Shown here one piece after another: positions 1 to 7,978 of a stretch of DNA of 64,000 nucleotides. The stretch covers positions 34,166-98,165 of the forward strand of contig OMVV01000004.1 of NCBI GenBank assembly GCA_900314585.1, in the 5' to 3' direction. The translations under genes were made by a program, and so were the position numbers. This stretch comes from an uncultured Erysipelotrichaceae bacterium (GTDB lineage: Bacteria > Bacillota_I > Bacilli_A > RFN20 > CAG-826). Below the pieces are notes generated by a model, which saw only the letters and a list, made by a program, of their open reading frames with translations, had not been told where the DNA came from and searched no databases. The stretch's first letter is position 1. The number at the start of each line of letters is the position of its first letter.

Positions 1-1
1 T

Positions 2-430
2 GTTATTAACATCGATTTACCAAATAATCTTGAATTCTATTATCACCGCGCTGGAAGAACGGGTCGATTCAATAAGCAAGGTAATTGCTACACATTTTTT
101 AACAATGACCAAACCGCTAAACCATTAAGACTTGTTCAAGAAGGCGTCCCATTTATCTATAAAGCCTTAAGAGATGATGAACTTGTTGATACTCATCCAA
201 TTGAAAAAACTCATCCAACCAAACGCAAAGTCGATCAAGAACTTGAAAGCAAGATCCAAAAGATCAAAGCGAAATCCAAAGGCAAAAACAAAAAGGTTAA
301 ACCTGGTTATAAAAAGAAAGTTCGTGAAGAAATTGCTAAAGCAAAACAAAAACATCGTCGTGAAATAATTAAGAAAGACATTCGTCGTCAACGAGTTGAA
401 AGATACAAAAAGGAAAATCAAAATGGATAA
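2..430 (+). CDS. DEAD-box ATP-dependent RNA helicase, C-terminal fragment (5' end outside window)
   Basis: Frame is open from the window edge. Translation VINIDLPNNLEFYYHRAGRTGR... carries helicase motif VI (HRxGRxGR) followed by a Lys/Arg-rich tail. Stop TAA at 428-430. Absent from the ORF track because it has no start codon in the window. Confidence 0.8.
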   Translation, partial: VINIDLPNNLEFYYHRAGRTGRFNKQGNCYTFFNNDQTAKPLRLVQEGVPFIYKALRDDELVDTHPIEKTHPTKRKVDQELESKIQKIKAKSKGKNKKVKPGYKKKVREEIAKAKQKHRREIIKKDIRRQRVERYKKENQNG

Positions 431-1298
431 CGAAAACTTATATATCGGCTGCCATGTTTCAATGAGTGGTCCAGAATATTATTTAGGTTCAGTCAAAGAA
501 GCTCTTTCGTATGAAGCAAATACTTTCATGTTTTATACTGGAGCGCCACAAAACACGATTCGTCTTCCACTAGAAAGACTAAGAATTGATGAAGGACGCG
601 CTTTGATTAAACAAAGCGGCCTAGATGAATCTAAGATTGTTGTCCATGCTCCATATATCATTAACATCGCTAATCAACTTAATGTCGATACATATGAACT
701 TGGTAAGAAGCACCTTTTAAGCGAACTTAAAAGAACTTACGCTTTTGGTCCAAAGATTCTTGTTCTTCATCCAGGAAGCCATGTCGGTACTGGCGAAGAA
801 AATGGTCTTGAATCGATTGTCAAAGCCTTAGATGAAGTTTTGGATCAAGATGGTACTGACGTTAAGATTGCTTTAGAGACAATGGCTGGCAAAGGTAGCG
901 AGATGGGAACATCATTTGAACAACTTAAACAAATCATCTCATCGATCAAGCATCCTGAACGTGTTGGAGTGTGCCTAGATACATGTCACATCAATGATAA
1001 CAATATGGATGTTGCTAATTTTGATGAAGTCTTATCAAATTTTGATAAGGTTATTGGTTTAGATAAACTTTTAGTGGTTCATGTTAACGACTCTAAAAAT
1101 CCTTTAGGCGCTCACAAAGACCGCCATGAAAATATTGGTTATGGCTATCTTGGCTTTGAAACATTAAACAAAGTCGTTCACCATCCTTTATTAAAAGGAA
1201 TTCCAATGATTTTAGAAACTCCTTACTATGAAGGAAATCCTCCATACAAAAAAGAAATCGAAATGTTTAGAAAACAAGTCTTTGAAGACTGGAGATAA
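423..1298 (+). CDS. nfo: Endonuclease IV (AP endonuclease)
   Basis: MDNENLYIGCHVSMSG...FMFYTGAPQN...HPGSH...ETMAGKG...DTCH...HVNDS is the typical Nfo TIM-barrel metal-ligand pattern. I prefer the ATG at 423 over the track start at 396. It overlaps the helicase stop (ATGGATAA). Confidence 0.9.
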   Translation: MDNENLYIGCHVSMSGPEYYLGSVKEALSYEANTFMFYTGAPQNTIRLPLERLRIDEGRALIKQSGLDESKIVVHAPYIINIANQLNVDTYELGKKHLLSELKRTYAFGPKILVLHPGSHVGTGEENGLESIVKALDEVLDQDGTDVKIALETMAGKGSEMGTSFEQLKQIISSIKHPERVGVCLDTCHINDNNMDVANFDEVLSNFDKVIGLDKLLVVHVNDSKNPLGAHKDRHENIGYGYLGFETLNKVVHHPLLKGIPMILETPYYEGNPPYKKEIEMFRKQVFEDWR

Positions 1299-1299
1299 A

Positions 1300-2154
1300 A
1301 TGGAAAAGAATATTGGCCCATTTTCATTGTATGAAAAAGTCCCTAACGACATTCGTTATGGATTTCTTTATACAGCCGAAATTGAGCTTCCTGTTCCTTT
1401 TCAGGAAAAGCGAACAATTCGCGTCTATCTTCCAGAAGACTATGATCCAAATAAAACCTATCCATTACTTGTAATGTCTGATGGGCAAAACATCGTCGAT
1501 CGTTATACAACTGCATTTGGCGCATGGGATATTGATGTTAGGCAGCATGAATGGATCGCTCAGGGAAATAGATCGTTCATCGTTCTTGGAATTGATTGTC
1601 CAAAGAAATCAACCGATCGAGCGTATGAATATTCCTTTCCACATTTACGCATTACTCACTGGGATAGATGCGGCTATGAACATATCGAAAGAGAGCTTTA
1701 TTCTCACATATATTATGACTATGTTGCGACCAAACTTATCCCTTATATAAGGGAATATTTCCCAATTTCTAATGATAAAAAAGATATTGCTTCTGGCGGT
1801 TCATCAATGGGTGGATGTTTTGCAATTTCCTTATGGATGATGCACCCAGAAAAAATTGGAACTGCCCTTTCGTTTTCGCCAGGATTTTTCTTGTTTCATA
1901 AAACTGAACTTCGTCAATTTGTCGATAATCATTTTGATAAGCTTGATGAAGATAATCGCTTGTTCATGTACGTAGGCGGTGTTGGTTTTGAACATCGCTT
2001 TGTCGCTCGCACAAAAGATATGTATTCTTACTACCTTTCCAAAGGAATGGATAATAAAAAAATCAGCCTCTTAATCGATGAGAAGGCTGAACATAATGAG
2101 CATTTCTGGTCGCTTCATTTCCTTGATGCGATCAAATATTGGCAAAATCTATAA
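1300..2154 (+). CDS. Alpha/beta-hydrolase, 'putative esterase' family
   Basis: GGSSMGG nucleophile elbow (GxSxG) and overall esterase-family layout. ATG at 1300 lies 1 nt after the nfo stop, so the 24 extra codons in the track overlap nfo. Confidence 0.7.
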   Translation: MEKNIGPFSLYEKVPNDIRYGFLYTAEIELPVPFQEKRTIRVYLPEDYDPNKTYPLLVMSDGQNIVDRYTTAFGAWDIDVRQHEWIAQGNRSFIVLGIDCPKKSTDRAYEYSFPHLRITHWDRCGYEHIERELYSHIYYDYVATKLIPYIREYFPISNDKKDIASGGSSMGGCFAISLWMMHPEKIGTALSFSPGFFLFHKTELRQFVDNHFDKLDEDNRLFMYVGGVGFEHRFVARTKDMYSYYLSKGMDNKKISLLIDEKAEHNEHFWSLHFLDAIKYWQNL

Positions 2155-3207
2155 TTTTAAAATTTCTTTTGTTAGTTCAGAGAATATGTCTTCGTCTTTG
2201 ACGGTCTTGATAATATTCTCTTTTTTAAATATTACCCATTGGCCTTTTCCACCTGCACAACCAATGTCTGCGCGTTTAGCTTCGCCTGGGCCATTGACGA
2301 TGCAGCCCATGACCGCAACAGTCTTATTGATGTGATTTGCTTCTAAAAAAGAAGCAATCTTTTTTGCAAGTGGCACTAAATCAACTTGGGTGCGACCGCA
2401 TGTTGGACAAGAAATAAGGTTTGGATAATCGTTGCGAATCTCTAAATCTTTAAGAAGTCTACGGCAAGCACGAACCTCTTCTTGTGGTTCATCAGATAAG
2501 GAAATACGAATTGTATCTCCGATACCATCTAAAAGGATTGGTGCTAAACCGGCAGTTGAACGGATTAAACCGACATCTTTTGGTCCAGCTTCAGTAATTC
2601 CAACGTGAAGCGGATATGAGAATGTTTTAGAAGCAAGACGATACGCTTCAACAGTTTCAAGAACATGACTTCCCTTAAGGGAAATGACAATATCATGAAA
2701 GTCTAAATCTTCTAAAATCTTAATTGTGCGACGGGCTGATTCAACGAGTTCTTTGGCACGCACAACATTCGTATCGTCATTAACTTGTTTATCGATTGAT
2801 CCTGAATTAACTCCAACACGGATTGGAATATGTTTTTCTTTGCAGAGAGAAACGACTTTTTCGATATTTTCTTTGCCGCCAATATTTCCTGGGTTTAAAC
2901 GGATAGCATTAACACCAGAATTGATTGATTCTATCGCTAAGCGATAGTCAAAGTGAATATCTGCAATTAAAGGAATATTAATTTGTTTAACGATTTCCTT
3001 AATGGCTTTAGCGTCATCCATGTCTAAAACAGACACACGCATTAAGTCTGCACCCAAGGCTGCGCATTCATTGATTTGCTTAACAACTTCAGCAACCTTT
3101 TCGGTCTTTATGTTACACATTGATTGGATTAAAACTTTGTTTTCGCCACCAATGGTAATATCACCAACACGGATTTTCTTTGTCTTTTCTCTAGCTAAGT
3201 TTGCCAT
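2149..3207 (-). CDS. ispG: 4-hydroxy-3-methylbut-2-en-1-yl diphosphate synthase (MEP pathway)
   Basis: Full-length IspG/GcpE-like sequence (KIRVGDITIGG...RVSV...CPTCGRT...GCIVNGPGE with the Fe-S cysteines). Confidence 0.95.
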   Translation of the reverse strand: MANLAREKTKKIRVGDITIGGENKVLIQSMCNIKTEKVAEVVKQINECAALGADLMRVSVLDMDDAKAIKEIVKQINIPLIADIHFDYRLAIESINSGVNAIRLNPGNIGGKENIEKVVSLCKEKHIPIRVGVNSGSIDKQVNDDTNVVRAKELVESARRTIKILEDLDFHDIVISLKGSHVLETVEAYRLASKTFSYPLHVGITEAGPKDVGLIRSTAGLAPILLDGIGDTIRISLSDEPQEEVRACRRLLKDLEIRNDYPNLISCPTCGRTQVDLVPLAKKIASFLEANHINKTVAVMGCIVNGPGEAKRADIGCAGGKGQWVIFKKENIIKTVKDEDIFSELTKEILKL

Positions 3208-3295
3208 AAAATGATTATAACAAAAGAGTAAATATCTTGTAGATATATTTTTTTCACTATGGTATTATTCTACTTGCGAAAGTAAGGAGATAGTT

Positions 3296-3448
3296 ATGCC
3301 AAGAGATAATATCACACTTAAATGCACTGTTTGTGGTGAAGAAAATTACATCACATCCAAAAATAAAAAAGAACATCCTGATAGATTAGAGACAAGTAAA
3401 TATTGTCCTAAATGCAAAAAGCATACAGTGCATAAGGAGAAAAAGTAA
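3296..3448 (+). CDS. rpmG: 50S ribosomal protein L33
   Basis: 50-codon ORF below the track cutoff: [50 protein letters not shown], with the CxxC...CxxC zinc ribbon. AAGGAG RBS lies 7 nt upstream. Confidence 0.9.
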   Translation: MPRDNITLKCTVCGEENYITSKNKKEHPDRLETSKYCPKCKKHTVHKEKK

Positions 3449-3468
3449 GGATTAATCCTTATTTTTTT
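3447..3468 (+). terminator. Intrinsic terminator after rpmG
   Basis: AAGGAT-ta-ATCCTT hairpin followed by ATTTTTTT. Confidence 0.6.
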
Positions 3469-3475
3469 ATAAATC

Positions 3476-4117
3476 ATGCTCGATTCATTTATTTCCCGTA
3501 AAGCCTGCAACACCTACATTCTTTATAACGAAGCTAAAGAAGCTATTTTGGTCGATCCAGGTTTTAATGTTGGGAATAAATTAATTGAACATATTCAAAA
3601 AATCGATGTAAAAGTCGTCGCTATTTTATTAACGCATGCTCATTATGACCACATCGCGGGATTAGAAGATGTCGTAAATCTATTCCCAAACGCTAAGGTC
3701 TATATCAGTGAAGATGAAGTTGAGCTATTAGACAATCCAAACTTAAATCTTTCAAGATTTGGAGATGATTGGCTAAATAAGAGTTTGACTTTTCTTCCAA
3801 AGAATCTAATGAAGTTAAGCGATGGGGAAGTATTCGAAGAAGCATCTTATCAAATTAAGATGATCAAAACTCCGTTCCACACACAAGGTAGTGCCTGCTT
3901 TTATGTTGAAAGTGAGAATATTTTATTCTCAGGAGACACTTTATTCTATACGACGATTGGTCGAACTGATTTGCCCACTGGTTCAAATCGATTAGTAGAA
4001 TCGAGTTTATCAAAGTTATTAAAACTCCCTTTATCTACCAAAGTCTACCCAGGTCATGGCGTTATGACGAGTCTAGAAAGGGAGAGCAAATATAATGCAT
4101 ATTTGCGAAATATCTAA
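3476..4117 (+). CDS. MBL-fold metallo-hydrolase (glyoxalase II-like)
   Basis: THAHYDH (HxHxDH) motif plus downstream His/Asp ligands. Length ~210 aa. Confidence 0.8.
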   Translation: MLDSFISRKACNTYILYNEAKEAILVDPGFNVGNKLIEHIQKIDVKVVAILLTHAHYDHIAGLEDVVNLFPNAKVYISEDEVELLDNPNLNLSRFGDDWLNKSLTFLPKNLMKLSDGEVFEEASYQIKMIKTPFHTQGSACFYVESENILFSGDTLFYTTIGRTDLPTGSNRLVESSLSKLLKLPLSTKVYPGHGVMTSLERESKYNAYLRNI

Positions 4118-4154
4118 TTTTAGATATAATAGTTAATGTTTTGGAGGAAAAATA

Positions 4155-4709
4155 ATGAACGTTACAGAATTAAGACCAGGTAACTATTTCATTGATGAAG
4201 GCAATCTTTATCAAGTCTTAGATATTTTGCTTAACAAGACTGCTATGAGAAAAATGGTCGCTAAAGTTAAAGCAAAAAATATGCGTTCTGGCGCAATTAT
4301 TGAATTAGCTCGTAACTCTGGTTACGATGTTGAAAAAGCTGTTCTTAGCAAAAAGAAAATGGTTTATCTATATGACTCAGGCGATGCTTTAGTCTTCATG
4401 GATAACAATACTTATGATCAAATCGAAATTCAAAAATCACGTTTGGAATGGGAGATGAATTTCTTAATTTCAAATGCTGAAATCGATATTCTCTTCTATG
4501 AAGATGAAATCTTAGGTATCACATTACCATCCAGCGTAGCCTTAAAGATCATCGATTGTGAACCAGCCGTTAGAGGCGATACAGTCAACAAGGCTATGAA
4601 GTTCGCTACTGTTGAAACAGGATTCAAATTAAAAGTCCCATTATTCATCGATAATGGTGAAACCATTCTTGTTCGCACAGATACAGGCGACTACGATGGT
4701 AGAGCATAA
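4155..4709 (+). CDS. efp: Elongation factor P
   Basis: Typical EF-P N-terminus (ELRPGNYF...) and length. GGAGG RBS. Confidence 0.95.
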   Translation: MNVTELRPGNYFIDEGNLYQVLDILLNKTAMRKMVAKVKAKNMRSGAIIELARNSGYDVEKAVLSKKKMVYLYDSGDALVFMDNNTYDQIEIQKSRLEWEMNFLISNAEIDILFYEDEILGITLPSSVALKIIDCEPAVRGDTVNKAMKFATVETGFKLKVPLFIDNGETILVRTDTGDYDGRA

Positions 4710-4723
4710 TAGGAGGCACGACA

Positions 4724-4948
4724 ATGGTTAATTTACAAGTTGGAGCCTTCGTTGGTATTATCATTGGTTTAATCCTTCTTGGAGCAGTGTTAGGATTCTT
4801 CATTTCTAGATACGTCTTCAAACGTCAATTACAAAAGAATCCTCCTATCAATGAGAACATGATTAGAGCGATGTTTATGCAGATGGGTCGCAAGCCTTCT
4901 GAATCACAAATCAGAGCCGTCATGAACTCCATGAAAAAGAATCAATAA
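4724..4948 (+). CDS. UPF0154/YneF-family small membrane protein
   Basis: One N-terminal TM helix followed by KNPPINENMIRAMFMQMGRKPSESQI, close to the Bacillus YneF pattern. AGGAGG RBS. Confidence 0.75.
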   Translation: MVNLQVGAFVGIIIGLILLGAVLGFFISRYVFKRQLQKNPPINENMIRAMFMQMGRKPSESQIRAVMNSMKKNQ

Positions 4949-4973
4949 CACGTTCTAAATCACTCGAAAAATT

Positions 4974-4997
4974 GCACCAAATTACTGGTGCTTTTTT
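4974..4997 (+). terminator. Intrinsic terminator after yneF-like gene
   Basis: GCACCA-aattac-TGGTGC followed by TTTTTT. Confidence 0.7.
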
Positions 4998-5084
4998 CTT
5001 GCAAAAAGTGGTGGTGAAAGTGAAGGAACAAAATTGGGAGGTATTTTTATCGCCTCCAAAATAGTGTCAATCAAAAAGTGTCAA

Positions 5085-5120
5085 TGAAAAAAGCCCATTG
5101 CATCGAAACAATTTGGGCTT
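5085..5120 (-). terminator. Intrinsic terminator for plsY
   Basis: On the minus strand, AAGCCCA-16 nt-TGGGCTT followed by TTTTTT. Confidence 0.65.
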
Positions 5121-5159
5121 TCAACAATATCTTAATTTAACTTTCAACAGGGATAAAAA

Positions 5160-5189
5160 CTACTAAATATCTACTAATATATCTACTAA
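5160..5189. repeat. Three phased CTACTAA direct repeats (spacing 11 and 12 bp)
   Basis: CTACTAAatatCTACTAAtatatCTACTAA. The 21-mer at 5158-5178 is identical to 22181-22201. The third copy overlaps the plsY stop codon. Confidence 0.8.
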
Positions 5190-5926
5190 TCCATCCATGT
5201 AATCTTGCGTTCTTCATGGTTAATTAAACGCTTGATATTTGCTGAGTGACGGACGATGAGAAGGATGGAAATTAATGTCGCCACAGTTGCGTATTCCCAA
5301 CCGGATAAAAGGTAGCTTCCCCAACCCCACATAAAGAAGTGCCAAAAGCTTTCTGGGATCATGAATTGAAGACCATAAAGTAGCCAAGAGAAAATGATGA
5401 CCATAATGGCCGCCATGATTGAGGAAAGCGAGACATATTTTTTAGCTTTGAGGGTAATGAAGAAGGTTCCAAAACCAATCAAAGATAAGAACCAAGATGT
5501 TGCTAAACCGAATCCGCCGAATGTCGCAACAGCTTTTCCGCCTTTAAATTTTGCAAACACTGGATAGCAGTGTCCGATAGCCGCTCCTAAAGGAGCGAGG
5601 TAAATATAAAGGATGCCATCATCAAACATTTTGGCACCCAAGTTCGCTTCAAATGTCGCTTTTAATGGAGAAAAAGTAAAAATCGACCAAACAACAATTA
5701 GAGGAATTGCGGTCTTGATCATATCCAAAATAATGACGGTGAGACCCATCTTTTTTCCAAAGAGTCTTCCGACATTGGTTCCACCTGAATTTTTCGAGCC
5801 TTCAAGACGTGGATCTTTGTGATAAATGAGTTTACAAAGTACAACTCCGGTTGGAATTGAACCAAAAAAATAACCGATTAAAAATGTGCTCAAACCGATG
5901 ATTATATTATATAAAATAATATCCAT
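5186..5926 (-). CDS. plsY: Glycerol-3-phosphate acyltransferase PlsY
   Basis: GYFFGSIPTG...GSKNSGGTNVGR...RHSANIKRL are PlsY hallmarks. Multi-TM protein. Divergent from parE as in Bacillota. Confidence 0.9.
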   Translation of the reverse strand: MDIILYNIIIGLSTFLIGYFFGSIPTGVVLCKLIYHKDPRLEGSKNSGGTNVGRLFGKKMGLTVIILDMIKTAIPLIVVWSIFTFSPLKATFEANLGAKMFDDGILYIYLAPLGAAIGHCYPVFAKFKGGKAVATFGGFGLATSWFLSLIGFGTFFITLKAKKYVSLSSIMAAIMVIIFSWLLYGLQFMIPESFWHFFMWGWGSYLLSGWEYATVATLISILLIVRHSANIKRLINHEERKITWMD

Positions 5927-6033
5927 ATTCTTTCTCCAATTGCGCCTTACAATGATACAAAAAAAGTGGTTATCTTTTCAATAACTATTTTGTTATAATC
6001 AATTTTTAGAAATTGACTTTAGGTAATATTACA

Positions 6034-7977
6034 ATGGCAAAAATTGACGAAAAAACATCCTATACAGCCGCCGATATTGAGATTTTAGAAGGTCTTGCTG
6101 GTGTTAGAAAAAGACCGGCAATGTACATCGGATCAACCAACCAAACTGGTCTTCATCATCTTGCTTGGGAAATACTTGATAATGCGGTTGATGAAGCTTT
6201 AAGTGGCTTCGGAAAAGAAATTAAAATCATCATCCACAAAGATGGATCTTTATCTGTTGAAGACGAAGGAAGAGGCATTCCTGTCGATATACATCGACAG
6301 ACTGGTATGCCTGCGGTCCAATTAATCTTCTCCACGTTACACTCAGGTGGTAAATTTTCGTCAAAAGTTTATACCTCCAGCGCTGGCCTTCATGGTGTTG
6401 GCTCTGCCGTTACAAATGCTCTTTCAAATTATTGTGATGTTACCGTTTTTCGTAGTGGCAAAATCAACCATCTCCGTTTTGAAGATGGCGGAAAACTTGT
6501 CACACCTCTTGAAGTTCTTGGTAATACCAAGAAGCATGGTACCTTAGTCCGCTTCAAACCTGATGCAAGAATCTTCTCAACAACCGATTTCAAGTTTGAG
6601 ATCATCGCTAATCACATCAAGGAAAGTGCCTTCCTTTTAAAAGGCGTAAAATTCTCCCTCTTTAGTGAAAAAACTCAAGAAAAAGTCGAGTTTTGTTATG
6701 AGGATGGAATTAGGGCCTATATTAAGGATATTCAAGCAGGCAAAAATGTTCTTGGAGATGTCATTTCCTTTGAAGGAGAAGACGACACAATCAAGATTGA
6801 TATTGCTATGCAATATGCCTACCAAGATTATGGTGAAAATATCTACTCATACGCTAACAATGTTCGTACTCGTGATGGTGGTACCCACGAACAAGGTTTT
6901 AGAGCAGGTATCACTAAAGCAGTCAATGATTATGCTGAAGAAAATTCCTTATTAAAAGGAAAAACTAAGCTCGAAGGTAGCGATATTCGTGAAGGTTTAA
7001 CCGCAGTTATTTCCTTAAAAATCCCTGAAGCTAAACTTGAATATGAAGGTCAAACTAAGCAAAAATTAGGTACTCCTGAAGCTTTACCAATCCTAACAAA
7101 CTTTATTTATAATAACTTTAGTTATTATCTTAATGAAAACAAAGAGTTCGCTGTTAATTTAATCAAGAAATGTATCGATGCACAAACGGCTCGTGTTGCA
7201 GCAAGAAAAGCTAAAGATGAAGCCCGCAGCAAACGTACATTAAAACAAGATGTTGTTTTATCTGATAAATTAACACCTGCAACTAGCAAGGATTACGATA
7301 AGAACGAATTATTCATTGTTGAGGGTGATTCTGCTGGTGGAACTGCAAAAAGTAGCCGTGATAGAATGCATCAAGCAATATTACCACTTCGTGGTAAACC
7401 ACTAAACACTTTTGGCATTCCTGTTGAAAAAACTCTTAAAAATGAAGAATGTGCAACAATGATCAATACGATCGGTGCTGGTGTTAAAGAAACATTTAAT
7501 GCCGATAATTCCCATTATGGGAAAGTCATCATTATGACCGATGCTGATACCGATGGAGCGCACATCCAAACCTTATTAATTACCTTCTTTTATAACTACA
7601 TGAGACCCCTCATTTTGAAGGGAAAACTCTTTGTTGCAATGCCACCTTTATATCGTGTTGCCAAGGAAGTAAATCATAAAATGATTTATAAGTACGCTTG
7701 GAACGACAATGATTTAGAAGTTGCCAAGAAAGAAGTTGGTGCGGGTTGCCGCGTTTCTAGATATAAAGGTTTAGGCGAAATGAACGCTGAACAACTTTGG
7801 GAATCAACGATGGATCCAAAACGTCGTCAACTCCTCAAAGTTACAATTGAAGATGCTTTAATTGCTGAGCAACGTGTTCAAACACTTATGGGCAACGATG
7901 CTCAGGCAAGAAGAAGCTGGATTGAAGAAAATATCAATTTCAATGAAGTTGATTCATTTATCGAGGAGGTGAAATAA
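6034..7977 (+). CDS. parE: DNA topoisomerase IV subunit B
   Basis: GHKL ATPase plus TOPRIM motifs (EILDNAVDE, EGDSAGG, PLRGK, DADTDGAHI). plsY-parE-parC synteny supports ParE over GyrB. I prefer the ATG at 6034 over the TTG at 6013. Confidence 0.85.
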   Translation: MAKIDEKTSYTAADIEILEGLAGVRKRPAMYIGSTNQTGLHHLAWEILDNAVDEALSGFGKEIKIIIHKDGSLSVEDEGRGIPVDIHRQTGMPAVQLIFSTLHSGGKFSSKVYTSSAGLHGVGSAVTNALSNYCDVTVFRSGKINHLRFEDGGKLVTPLEVLGNTKKHGTLVRFKPDARIFSTTDFKFEIIANHIKESAFLLKGVKFSLFSEKTQEKVEFCYEDGIRAYIKDIQAGKNVLGDVISFEGEDDTIKIDIAMQYAYQDYGENIYSYANNVRTRDGGTHEQGFRAGITKAVNDYAEENSLLKGKTKLEGSDIREGLTAVISLKIPEAKLEYEGQTKQKLGTPEALPILTNFIYNNFSYYLNENKEFAVNLIKKCIDAQTARVAARKAKDEARSKRTLKQDVVLSDKLTPATSKDYDKNELFIVEGDSAGGTAKSSRDRMHQAILPLRGKPLNTFGIPVEKTLKNEECATMINTIGAGVKETFNADNSHYGKVIIMTDADTDGAHIQTLLITFFYNYMRPLILKGKLFVAMPPLYRVAKEVNHKMIYKYAWNDNDLEVAKKEVGAGCRVSRYKGLGEMNAEQLWESTMDPKRRQLLKVTIEDALIAEQRVQTLMGNDAQARRSWIEENINFNEVDSFIEEVK

Positions 7978-7978
7978 G

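Noticed and set aside
167-421. Track ORFs 167-421 (-) and 174-368 (+) in the first 430 nt
   Set aside because: They lie inside or opposite the Lys/Arg-rich tail of the DEAD-box helicase frame, which carries a real motif (HRAGRTGR). They are low-complexity shadow frames of AAA/AAG-rich DNA.
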